Program-made: the position numbers and the translations under genes
Notes under the pieces: generated by a model
What the model was told of the DNA's origin: nothing
Database searches by the model: none
Seen by the model: the letters and a program-made list of their open reading frames with translations, nothing else
Part shown: piece by piece, positions 10,890-21,725 of the stretch
How the letters are laid out: each line of letters opens with the position of its first letter
How positions within the stretch are numbered: position 1 is the stretch's first letter
Source: Chiloscyllium plagiosum
Taxonomy: Eukaryota
Length of the DNA stretch: 47,927 nt
Direction: 5' to 3'
Assembly (NCBI RefSeq): GCF_004010195.1
Contig: NC_057719.1
Location: forward strand, 44,191,781-44,239,707

Positions 10890-12380
10890 GGTTACTGTGA
10901 TTGTATTTGAAAGCACGAAGTCTGATATAGTGCGAAAGATGTAGAGGAACAAATCTGCAAAACAAATTGGAGGAGCAAAAGTTGTAATGGATATCTTTAA
11001 TTGTCCAAATATAGACTGGGATAAATATTGTAAAGAAAAGAGAGGGACAAAAGTTCTTAGTGTGTGTTCAGGAACAATTTCTATAGTAGAATGTTTGCAG
11101 TCCAACAAGAAATGAAGTATTGCTAAACCTAGTTCTTGTAAATGAGATGGACAAGTAGATCAAGTATCAGTGGGAAAATATTGGGGGATAGTTATCACTA
11201 TATCGTAAGGTTTAGGGCGACTATGGAAATGGATAATGAACAATCCAATTAAGAGTAATTAATTGAGAAAAGCTAATTTCAATGGGGTAAGAAAGGTTCT
11301 GGGTTGAAATTGTTCAAGTCAAAGGCTGATCGAAAAAAATGGTGGCTGAACAAATGAGAGATGATTTGAGCACAGTTAAGGAATAACCTCTTGAAAGGCA
11401 AGGGTAGCACAACCAAATCCAGAGGTTCATGACATAGACCTAACTTAGAAGTGAACCCCAAAATTTTCTACAGATATATAAGTACTAAAATAGTAATAAG
11501 AGGAGAATGGGGACGAAAAATAGGATTTTGTATATGGAGACAGAGGACACTGCTGAAATATTGAATAAATGAATACTTTGCATCTGTCTTTACCAAGAAA
11601 AAAGTTGCTCTCCAGACTATGGTGAAAGAGGAGGAAATTCAGTTACTAGAAGGGTTTAGAATTGATAAGGAGGTGATATTGAATAGGCTATCTGTACTTA
11701 ATATTGACAAAGTACCAGAGCCAGATGAGATGTATCTAAGAATACTGAGGAAATTAAGAATGAAAATTGCAGGGAAATATAGCATTTTATTTTAGTATTC
11801 TTCGACTCAATTAGTGCCAGAGGACTGCGGAATTGTGATTTTACACCCTTGTTCAAATAAAAGTGCAATAATAAACAACTACGGACCAGCCAGTATAACT
11901 TTAGTGTTTGGAAACTTCTAGAAAATGTAATTTGAAACCAAATAATCAAATGTGAGTTAATTGAAGAGTGTCAGCCAACAGATCTCTTAAGACCAATTAA
12001 TATTAATAATGGAGACTTTTGAAAGGGTATCAGAAAGGGTTAATCAGGGCAATACTGGCTGTGACAAGAAACACAGCGGGTTAATGGATATTCTTTGGGC
12101 TGAGGGAAGGTTTGTAGCTCAGTTCTCAAAGATCAATGTTGGAATCCTTATTTACTTAATATAACTGAACTTAACATTGGTGTACAGTGCACAGCTTCAG
12201 AATCTGTAGATGGTTAGAAGCATGGTAAACTGTGAGCAATGTACCACTTAAAAGGACATGGACAAGTTAGTGGAATCAGCCTGTAGGTGGGAGATATAGT
12301 TCAATGCCAAGTGGTATAACGTGATACATTTTAGTAGAAAAACACAGGGACGCAGTGTCAAATTAAAGGATACAACTCCA
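10890..12380 (+). mobile_element. Old, degenerate CR1 ORF2 fragments
   Basis: Remnants of FN.PNIDW, EYFASVFT, P.PDEMY.RIL and NY.P.S motifs with many stops. Confidence 0.6.
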
Positions 12381-12384
12381 AACA

Positions 12385-13484
12385 TCTTGACACCAAAAAC
12401 AAATACATAAGAATCCTACTCATTGACTACAGTTCAGCGTTCAAGACTGATTACTAAACTTAGTGGTCTTGGACTAAGCCCTGCTCTCTGCAAATGGATC
12501 CTCAGTTTCCTGATCCACAGGCCACAATCAGCGAAGCTTGGGGACAATATTTCATCCTCACTAACACTAGAGCCCCTAGGGGTGCGTACTTAGCCCTCTA
12601 CTGTACTCACTGTATACCCAGGACTGTGTCACCAAATACCTGACTAAAACCATTTACAAATTCGCTGATGACACCACCATAGTCGGTCAAATCTCAGATG
12701 GCAATGAAACAGACTGCAGACAGGAGATGGAAGACCTGAGAACAACCTAGCACTCAATGCCGACAAAATCAAGAAACTCATTATTGACTTTTGATGGGAT
12801 GTTACTCATGCCCCCCTACACATTAACAGCACAGAGATGGAACAGGTGGAGAGTATCAAATTCTTGGGAGTGGTCATCCAGAACAAGCTTTCTTGGACTC
12901 TTCATGTGGACGCACTGGTTACAAAGGCCTAACAACGTCTCTTCTTCCTCAGGCAACTGAGGAAATTTGGCATGATGGCAAAAACCACTTTTATAGGTGC
13001 GCCATCGAAAGCATTCTGTCTGGATGTATCACTACCAGGTATGGCAACTGTACCATTCAAGATTGGAGACGGTTACAGAGAGTGGTGAACTCGGCCCGGA
13101 CTATTACAAAGGCCAACCTCCCATCTATAGAATCCATCTACCAGGCCCGCTGTCAGGGAAAGGCCGCCAGCATTCTCAAAGATCCATCCCACCCTGGCAT
13201 TGCTTTTCTACAACCTCTACCATCAGGGAGAAGGTACAGAAGCCTGAACACATGCATCAGCCAGTTTCGAAACAGTTTTTACCATACTGTTGTTAGAATA
13301 CTGAATGGATTCTCACAAACTCTGACCATTCGCCTGTACCTATGTTTTTGTTTTTGCCGCGGTTTACCTATTATTTACTTATCTTTACTACTTAACTTTG
13401 TGATCGGTCTGTATTGCTCGCAAGACAAAGCTTTTCACTGTGCCTCGGTACATGTGACAATAAATTCAATTCAATTCAATTCAA
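12385..13484 (+). mobile_element. Rex1/Babar-type LINE, 5'-truncated RT region and 3' tail
   Basis: ILLIDYSSAF, LCKWILSFL, GCVLSPLLYSLYT, KFADDTT, FYRCAIESILSGCIT; aataaa followed by (TTCAA)n tail. Confidence 0.82.
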
Positions 13485-13780
13485 GTGTGTCTTCATCTTC
13501 AGTCCCGTACCAGGGGACACTCTTTCAAAATTAGGACCTCTCATTTCAGGACAGAGATCAGAATTCCTTTCTCTGAGTTGTCAACTTTAGAACCCTATTT
13601 CAGAAGGGGTTGCCTCTTTAAGACAGAGGTGAATAAATTATTTTTGGCAAGGGAGTCAAAGGTTATCAGGGGTAGATGAGAGTGCAGTTTTGAAATACTG
13701 ACAGATCAGCCAAAGTCTTGCTGAATGATGGAGCAGACCTGAGAGATCTGAAAGTTCCACCTCTGCTGCTATTTCATATG
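13485..13780 (+). mobile_element. Degenerate CR1 3' end
   Basis: SRTRGHSFKIR...FRTEIR motif; probably the continuation of the 10890-12380 element. Confidence 0.6.
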
Positions 13781-15240
13781 CTTATACGTTAATGAGAATT
13801 TAAGTGTAATGAATTCAGTTAATATGGAAATTTATGTTTTTGTAAAAGCAGAAATAAGTAAATTTAGCAATTGTCTCTGTGCCTAGTTTAAGGTTTGAGG
13901 CTTACTGTGAATAGTTTGGGCCTCACACTAGTATTCCTAGTTGAGTTTCAGGGATTTTGCAAATTGGAAATCTTCCATAATTTAGATGTGCCCACACATG
14001 TTCTCCCATATTTTTGGATAAAGCATTGAAAATTACTCCAATGAGATGAGACCAACTATAAGCTGATTTATTTCATATCAAATACACAAATGATTAGAAA
14101 ACAGTTTTCACAGAGAAATTTAATCAATTAACTATCACTTTGCATATCATAAAATTAACAAAATTTGTGACTGCCATTATTATAAATTAAACCCATTTTA
14201 TCTATTCCTCTATAGAGGCTGTATTTGTTCATATGTAAACCTGTGACTGTCATTTAATTCTGCTTTCAACTCTAGTGCTGACAATTAACTTGCTACTGCT
14301 GATGCAAGTAAAGAATGATGGGAAAAATTAAAGCAAGTGGAGTAGCCAATATTTTTTAGATGTAGGGCTGGAGGAGACTCCAAGGAACAGTAGAGTTTGT
14401 GGGTCAGGATGAAGCATCAACCTTGATTTTTCTGCTTGAAACCTGGAGTGAGATCGGAACCTTGAGATTCAGATCTGATGATGCTACTGACCGAGCCTTG
14501 ATAGACAAGCAAATAAGCATGCAGCTGACACTGGGCTAGTCTGCTGTTTCTGTTGAGAACAGAGCAGGATCACTATCCCTAAATTCTGACTCATTCATGA
14601 TCATAAAGATCTCATCTTTGCCAACCTACTTGTTACACCTGAATGGACATGCTGTAAGGCTGAATATTTCTTAGCAGATGTAAGGTCAATGATTCATTAA
14701 ATAGACTGTTGAGTATAGACTTCTCAAAATGTATTCAATAGAAAAGATTGAAACATTTTTGCAGTGGAAGACAACACAAATCTTCACTTCAAGAGAAACA
14801 AGAACAAAAGGGCAGGAAAGGTCTTCAACAGAACAGAATTGAAAATTATCTTTTCAAGGTAAGAATTTCTCAAAGTGATGACAACATCAATTGTTTTACC
14901 CCGTGAGATAATGACAATACTCCATGTATATGGCAATTGAAAACTAAATTTAAAAATGTTTTAGGTGTCTATGGAATTATGTTTTGAAAAAATTCACCTT
15001 GACCTGGTAATGTTTATGCTTGTAATAAAATTATGGTGTTGCAACAGCAGGTTAAAACAAAATATTCTTTTAGATAAAAATGTGGCTGGATACCAACTCT
15101 TTGCTATGTTTGAAGTTGAAACTGCATTTTGTAAAAAATATAGAATATGCTTCTTTGGAAATTAAGTCCTGCAATTACTAAATGGTAAATTGTAAACGAT
15201 CTCAGGCATTGTGAAATATTAAATTATGAACTTAACATGT

Positions 15241-15246
15241 TTTATT
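15241..15246 (-). terminator. Candidate polyadenylation signal of the phosphorylase gene
   Basis: tttatt on + = AATAAA on minus, ~100 nt after the stop codon. Confidence 0.55.
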
Positions 15247-15343
15247 TGGTTGAAACTGAAAAAGGCTAGCCAAAATGCTCATACTCCCTCTTTACACTTA
15301 TAATTTTGTACAAAGTAATGTATTTAAAATTCACACTGAAGTT

Positions 15344-15499
15344 CTAGGTATCCTTTGATTCGGTAGGAGCAGGAATCTTCAAGAATTTGGGTTCAACACC
15401 CCAGATATCACGGGCATACTCTGTAATAGCTCGATCGCTGGAGAACTTTCCAGAAGAAGCTATGTTTTTAATTACTATTTTGGTCCATTCTATTGGGTT
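15344..15499 (-). CDS. PYGL: Glycogen phosphorylase, terminal coding exon (exon 20)
   Basis: tttttacag| [51 protein letters not shown]; conserved [14 protein letters not shown]. Confidence 0.93.
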   Translation of the reverse strand, partial: NPIEWTKIVIKNIASSGKFSSDRAITEYARDIWGVEPKFLKIPAPTESKDT

Positions 15500-16089
15500 C
15501 TGTAAAAATATACAGATAAAACATAAAATATGCTGATTTTTTCTAACAAAATATTATCCAATTACTTATGAACTTTCATCATAGTTTCTCACAGAGGATC
15601 CTAATAAATGAAAATACCAATTCTTCTCGTAACCTTAGCTCAGTTTTCAACTTCTGTGAAGGGGAAGTAGCACACAGGATTACTACATCCCAATTTAACT
15701 GTACCGCTGCAAATGGATGTAACTATGACACATATAGGCCAAGTATTGCAAAGGAATTGAGGAGAAGTGGCTATCTTAGGCCTTTTACTTCAATTTCCTC
15801 CTCATGTTTTCCAAAAACACTGACACTTCAAAAATTTAATGTTAGGGCAAATATACCTCAGACAGCTGTGGGCCAGGAACAATCCAAAAAACAGAGAAGC
15901 TGTTTTTCAAGTGCTTAAAAATGCTGTTCTCTAAGGATGGTGGTGAGATCCACAGTTGCAAGTGTCACAGTTTAAGCTGACATTTGAAATGCATATTATC
16001 TGTACTGATAAATGTAAACTTTAACCGCTGATGTTTCAATTCTTCCCAACACAAGGAAACTGTAGAATGGGTTATCTGAATGCCAAATA

Positions 16090-16251
16090 TAGTCGATGGA
16101 TGTGATGATAGATTGGGGATCAGTCAAGTCAGACGGATAGTGAGGTGGTTAAAGGGAAAACATTTATGGTCAGCCAGGATTAGTATACTGAATGAGAATG
16201 TTTTATAGAGGGACCCAGAGAGCTGAGGAATTGCCTGTCAGAAGTTCGCTT
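16090..16251. repeat. Left arm of 162-bp inverted repeat (partner 17592-17753)
   Basis: Reverse complement of 17592-17753 with two mismatches by eye. Confidence 0.93.
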
Positions 16252-16291
16252 CTGACTAATACAATATAGATGCCTATATTGTAATGGCTGG

Positions 16292-16379
16292 TAAAGCATA
16301 TCCAGCTTGCATACTTCCTGTTCCCCATATTAGAATAAAGCATATCCAGCTTGCATACTTCCTGTTCCCCATATTAGAA
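16292..16379. repeat. Perfect 44-bp tandem duplication
   Basis: taaagcatatccagcttgcatacttcctgttccccatattagaa x2. Confidence 0.95.
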
Positions 16380-16693
16380 ACATAGGCATCTGCTTATTGC
16401 TTGAAAAACAGTCATATCTCCATGATATGCTCCTTACTACAAACTATCTTTCACTATTAGTTAGATGCCACCTACGTACTTGAAACCAGCACTATTTCTC
16501 CTATGCTTTACTTATTTTCAAAAATTAACTTGAATATAAGCTAAAACATAATTTCGAACTGCGAAATGTGCGTGTTATACAACTTAATGTGAACAATGCT
16601 GAAATAAAGGCTAGGTCTAGATTACTTAAGTGCTTTATGTAGAGCTTTACATTAAAATGTGTTAACAGTATTGGAGGAGTACAATATTCTGAC

Positions 16694-16760
16694 CTGGTAT
16701 AATTGGTTGACTTTTTCTTGAATACTGATATAGGATTCAAAATCAGCAAACACTTTGAAC
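16694..16760 (-). CDS. PYGL: Glycogen phosphorylase exon 19 (67 bp)
   Basis: cccag| (R)FKVFADFESYISIQEKVNQLYQ |gtcag; phases fit exons 18 and 20. Confidence 0.92.
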
Positions 16761-17591
16761 CTGGGATAAAAAGTAATGTGAAACATTGTTAAACTATAGA
16801 AGAAGGCTATTAGAATTGAATTATAAATTACAAAGTTGAAATTGCTCAGCATGTTAACAATTATTAGGAAATCTGGAAATAGAAAAGCACTCTTTTTAAT
16901 TCCACTTCTGAAATTGTGTAGAAAGTGGGACAAGATTGTCACTTGCATCTACTTTCCTGTTAAGACATTATTGGTTGAAGCACAGCTGGTGAGATCACAT
17001 TAAGCATCCCAGAACTTGCCTGTTATTCCCAATATAGGATGTTGGAAGTCCTAAGCAAGACTTACTTGCTCCATAAAACACCTCCGGATAGGTTGATTAG
17101 GGAATATCAAGAGTGAATTCCAGGATTGAAATCTGGTGGAGGTGAGGCTCAGAAGCTTAAATATCAGTTTCTATGAACACTGATCATGAGCAAAGCATCA
17201 AGTTTAGTTTTTGGGCTGTTTAATACTTCCACTTCTAATTTTGTTCAGTTTGGCTGCAAGCAAAATCCCTACCTTTCCCACATTGATACTGGTGCCTCAA
17301 TTTTGCTAAACATATTGGTGAACTCCATGTGAAATTTGATGACACTGAATTCAGACCAAGTCAGCACTGGGGCCAGTCAAGAGGTGAAAGTTTAGTTCTT
17401 GCTCAAATTCCAGTGAGGAACTTTTGTGGTCACTTGACTAAATATGTGGTAGCAATTAGAAAATGAAATAACGGCATACATGAAGCTTCAATTATAGTAA
17501 CACTGTTAACCTGTTATTTAACTTTCTAGATGTTTGATGTAAGATGCACATCAGAACCTTGTGAAAGTCTTGACATGCTGACCACTGTGGA

Positions 17592-17753
17592 AAGTGAACT
17601 TCTGACAGGCAATTCCTCAGCTCTCTGGGTCCCTCTATAAAACATTCTCATTCAGTATACTAATCCTGGCTGACCATAAATGTTTTCCCTTTAACCACCT
17701 CACTATCCGTCTGACTAGACTGATCCCCAATCTATCATCACATCCATCGACTA
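17592..17753. repeat. Right arm of 162-bp inverted repeat (partner 16090-16251)
   Basis: aagtgaacttctgacaggc...catccatcgacta is the reverse complement of the left arm. Confidence 0.93.
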
Positions 17754-17834
17754 ACTTTATACACTTGCGTCACCAACCCTACCTACTGACCTTACCCATC
17801 TACGCATCCTTAGTTTACAAGAAATGTTCGACAT

Positions 17835-18148
17835 AATATAGATTACCATGTCTGTGTTGACCATGGTCCCATTTGTTTGTACATGGTTTATATCCCTCCA
17901 TTCCCTGCCTGTTCATGTCTCTGTATAAATGCCTCTTAAAATTTGATGCCTTATCTACTTCTACCACCTCCCTTGAAAGCACATTCCAGGAACCTACCAT
18001 ACTGTGTAAAAAAACACTTGGCTCTCACATCTCCTTTAAGTTTCCCCCTCTCACCTTAAACATATGCCCCTTAGTATTTGATATTTCCACTCTTGGAAAA
18101 AAGTCTTTGACTGTCCATTCTATCCATGCCGTTCATAATTTTTTATAG
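17835..18148 (-). mobile_element. CR1-group LINE 3' end
   Basis: Minus strand ..MVGSWNVLSREVVE...FKRHL. Confidence 0.75.
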
Positions 18149-18149
18149 A

Positions 18150-19255
18150 CGGGCAGGAGGCAGGAAGAATACAGCAAGCCAAGGAAGTTTCAGGGAGTGG
18201 AGAAGTTGGCGTTTCGAGTGTAACCCTTCTCAGAACTGGGGATAGGTGTGGGGGGAGCTGCAGATAAAGGGGGTGGTGGGGGCAGGGTGGTGAAGTGGGG
18301 ATAGGTGAAGACAGGCAGAGGGTACGACCTGGTTGGTCAATGGAAGGAATTAATCCGGTTGGTAGCAGGAATGGTCAATGAGAGGAATGGGAGGGGGAGG
18401 GGCTGGGAAGGGAGGTTATTTGAAATTGAAGAACTCAAATTGGTGGGGAGAGTGACCTGAACCAAGGATTGGCGAAGGGAATGGTCCTTGTGGAAGGCAG
18501 TGTGGGGTGNNNNNNNNNNNNNNNNNNNNNNNNNNNNNNNNNNNNNNNNNNNNNNNNNNNNNNNNNNNNNNNNNNNNNNNNNNNNNNNNNNNNNNNNNNN
18601 NNNNNNNNNNNNNNNNNNNNNNNNNNNNNNNNNNNNNNNNNNNNNNNNNNNNNNNNNNNNNNNNNNNNNNNNNNNNNNNNNNNNNNNNNNNNNNNNNNNN
18701 NNNNNNNNNNNNNNNNNNNNNNNNNNNNNNNNNNNNNNNNNNNNNNNNNNNNNNNNNNNNNNNNNNNNNNNNNNNNNNNNNNNNNNNNNNNNNNNNNNNN
18801 NNNTAGTGCATTGGGGGTGGGTTTAGAGCAGTGAAACAGGGAGTGGAGGTGGTTTGGCGGAGGGCCGTCTGGATGACGGAGGGAAGAAAAGCATGTTGTT
18901 CAAAATAGGTGGACTTCGGGGATGCTGGCAAGTGAAATGTCTTCTCATCTGAGCAGATGTGGCAGAGGTGGAGGAACTGGGAGAATGGGATGGGTGGGGG
19001 TAATGGAGAAATTGATGCGGCTGATGTCATTTCGGCAGTCTGCAATGAAGAGATATAAGGCTGTCAGGTCGTGATCAAGTGGAGGAGGAAGGTTGAAGGA
19101 TTGAGAAGGGGTCGTCCAAGGGAGGTTGGCAGTTCTTGTCAAAGAAAGAGGCATGGAGGCGGAGGCGGTGGAAGAAAAGCTCCACGTTGTGGCGGATCCG
19201 GAATTCGTTGAGGTGGGGTCGGAGGAGTATGAATGTGAGCCCTTTCCTGAGGAAT
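18150..19255 (-). mobile_element. Internally deleted Penelope-like element spanning an assembly gap
   Basis: LRKGLTFI...VELFFHRLRLHASFF (N-terminus) joined to IPFSQFLHLCHICSD (thumb); pyrimidine-rich 3' region. Confidence 0.75.
18510..18803. other. Assembly gap (N run)
   Basis: 294 N bases. Confidence 1.
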
Positions 19256-19520
19256 GTCACCTCAATTTCTCTACCACCCTCACCCGCTGCATCCTTACCC
19301 CTCCGAATGTGCAGGACTCTACTTGTTCTGCAACAATCCTCGGTTCACCATCAAACCGCCTCCACCATACCCACTCCCCACCCCAACAAAGGCGGGATGG
19401 TGGTTATCTGGAGAACGGTCATCAATGTTGCAGAGGCCGAATGCCAACTCTCCAACACCATGTCCTACCTCCCCTTTGCCCACAACCCTATCGCAACCCA
19501 TCAGGCCAAAATCTGTCAGA
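19256..19520 (+). mobile_element. Penelope RT fragment in the opposite orientation
   Basis: LNFSTTLT...FTIKP..NKGGMVVIWRT...LSNTMSY resembles the IKPADKGG.VVVW motif. Confidence 0.65.
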
Positions 19521-19826
19521 CCACACTGTCAGAGCGAAGACAATTTTGGCTATTGTAAAGCCGAATGGACTGTATCAGTTTAAAGTCATGCCATTTGGTA
19601 TGAAAAATGCACCAGCTACATTTCAGAGACTAACCAATAAGGGCATTGCCGGATTAGCCAACTGTGTCGTATATACAGGTGACCTGGTGAATTTTAGTCA
19701 CACATGGAAGGAACATTTGCAACATTTATCAGACTTGTTCATTCGACTTCGGAAGGCAGGCTTGGTGATAAACATAGCTAAAAGTGAATTTGCCAAAGCT
19801 GAAGTCACCTTCCTGAGCCATGTTAT
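19521..19826 (+). mobile_element. Gypsy reverse transcriptase fragment
   Basis: GLYQFKVMPFGMKNAPATFQRL...VVYTGDLV..WKEHLQHL..LRKAGLVIN..KSEF...VTFLSH; YxDD degenerated to YTGD. Confidence 0.88.
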
Positions 19827-19966
19827 TTTGATGGGTATATGAATAGAAAGGGTTTGGAGAAATGCTCGAAGGTGGGACTAGATTGGGTTGGGATATCTGG
19901 TCGGCATGGACGGGTTGGACCGAAGGGTCTGTTTCCATGCTGTACATCTCTATGACTATGACTCTA
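19827..19966 (+). mobile_element. Short CR1-group 3' tail
   Basis: Nearly identical to 28376-28520; ends ctctatgactatgactcta. Confidence 0.8.
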
Positions 19967-21519
19967 TAAGTAACTTAATAATTTATCCCAATTTTTGACA
20001 AATTCCTCATTGTCCAATTTAATTTGAGGAATGTCCAATTCAGGATCCTCTGAACTTGGTTCTTGGTGTTGTAACCAATAACACAGTTTCCTTTGGATTT
20101 CCTTCCCTGTCAAAATACCTTTTGAGCATATTCACATGTTACACTCACTGAGATTTCTTTGTGTCTGCAGTCCTTACCAAATAGTCCACCTCACTCAATT
20201 TCCTTTTTACTTGATAAGGTCCACGAAATCTTGCTTTTAATGGATCACCTATCATTGGAGGTAACACCTTATTCCCGATAGCAAAATTGTGAAATTTTGA
20301 TTTCTTGTCTGCTTCCTGTTTCATTGTATGCTATGATACTTGTAAATGCTGTCTAGCCAACTTCCCCACCCATTAAATCATTCCTGAAAATTTCACACAT
20401 AGTTCAAATATGTGGTCTCTGAATTCTGACATAAATTTCTCCATCATCAAGTCCTCTCACTTTATGCCCAAAAACTAATTCAAATGGACTGAATTTGTCA
20501 ATTCATTTGGTGCATCTCTGATCACAAAAAGCACAAGGGGAATTCCCTCATCCCAATCATCTGGATAGTCCTGACTATAAGCCCTCAACGTGGTCTTTAA
20601 TGTCTGATGCTGCCTTTCTAGCGCTCCCTGCAACTCTTGATAGTACACACTAGATTTGATTTGTTTTATTCCTAAGCTGTCAAATCTCCAAAAACCTCAG
20701 AACTCTCATTTGAGACACACTGGTGGAAAATGTAGGGAAACAAACAGGATTAAGAATCAGGATCTGATCATGACAAATGCTCATTACATTTAAATAACTA
20801 CATCAGAAATTCAACTACTTGCTACTGGGAGAGAATAAGATAGCTCAAACACTGAAGTTAACCAAACAGAGAGCACCTTATGAACCATTTTTGCTAAATT
20901 ATTTCCTATAGAATTAATATGTCACTGAAGGGCATAGGCTGGACAAACATAAAATGTGGACATGGACATCTTTCTTTTTCCTCTCTAAATTAAGTTTACA
21001 ACAAACAGAAAATCTGATGAAATGCATGTAAAATATTATTCAGTCCATCTTTTTTCTGTCCCCTCACTCCCTTCTACTATTTTGCAAAAAAGACATTTGG
21101 CGCTTATACAACCAACAGTATGTATTCCAGCAACGAGCATTCGATTCAATTTGGTCAAAGATTAGATCGAAGCAATTGCTTTACCTCGGTAATACGGTCT
21201 CCTTTTTGTGGTTATTGGGATTACTTAAAAATTTACATGTGTTCAGACAGTAACACAAGATGGTTTAAACAGAGGACAACAATTTATTTACCTCATTATA
21301 CACACAAGCATACCGTCCATAACTTTCTTGAATAATTTCGATGTGAAGTTTGACCCTTGATCTGATTGTAACTCTGTGGGTAGTCTGTACCTAGTGAACA
21401 ATATGAGTAACTCCTCTACAATCCTTTTACTGCATAATGGGACAGCCTCTGGAAATATAGTGACACGTCCATTATTGTTAACAAATACTGATTCCCACTT
21501 ATTGTTTTAGATAGGGTTA

Positions 21520-21725
21520 TTAGATTAGATTACTTTACAGTGTGGAAACAAGCCCTTCGGCCCAACAAGTCCACACCGACCCGCCGAAGCGCAAACTACC
21601 CATACCCCTACATTTACCCCTTAGCTAACACTACGGACAATTTAGCATGGCCAATTCACCTGACCTGCACATCTTTGGACTGTGGGAGGAAACCGGAGCA
21701 CCCGGAGGAAACCCACGCAGACACG
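21520..21725 (-). mobile_element. 5'-truncated V-SINE (HE1-like) inserted in the Gypsy integrase
   Basis: V-domain and (AATCT)n tail; lacks the tRNA head. Confidence 0.9.

Noticed and set aside
14190..14220. att tta tct att cct c tat aga g as a possible decayed ABHD12B exon 6 (..LS.DYRG)
   Set aside because: Needs a frameshift, lacks the Asp codon, a GT donor and a suitable acceptor; likely chance.
16292..16379. Direct repeats and dispersed palindromes as a CRISPR-like array
   Set aside because: No spacers, only two adjacent units, eukaryotic context; the palindromes are Penelope termini.
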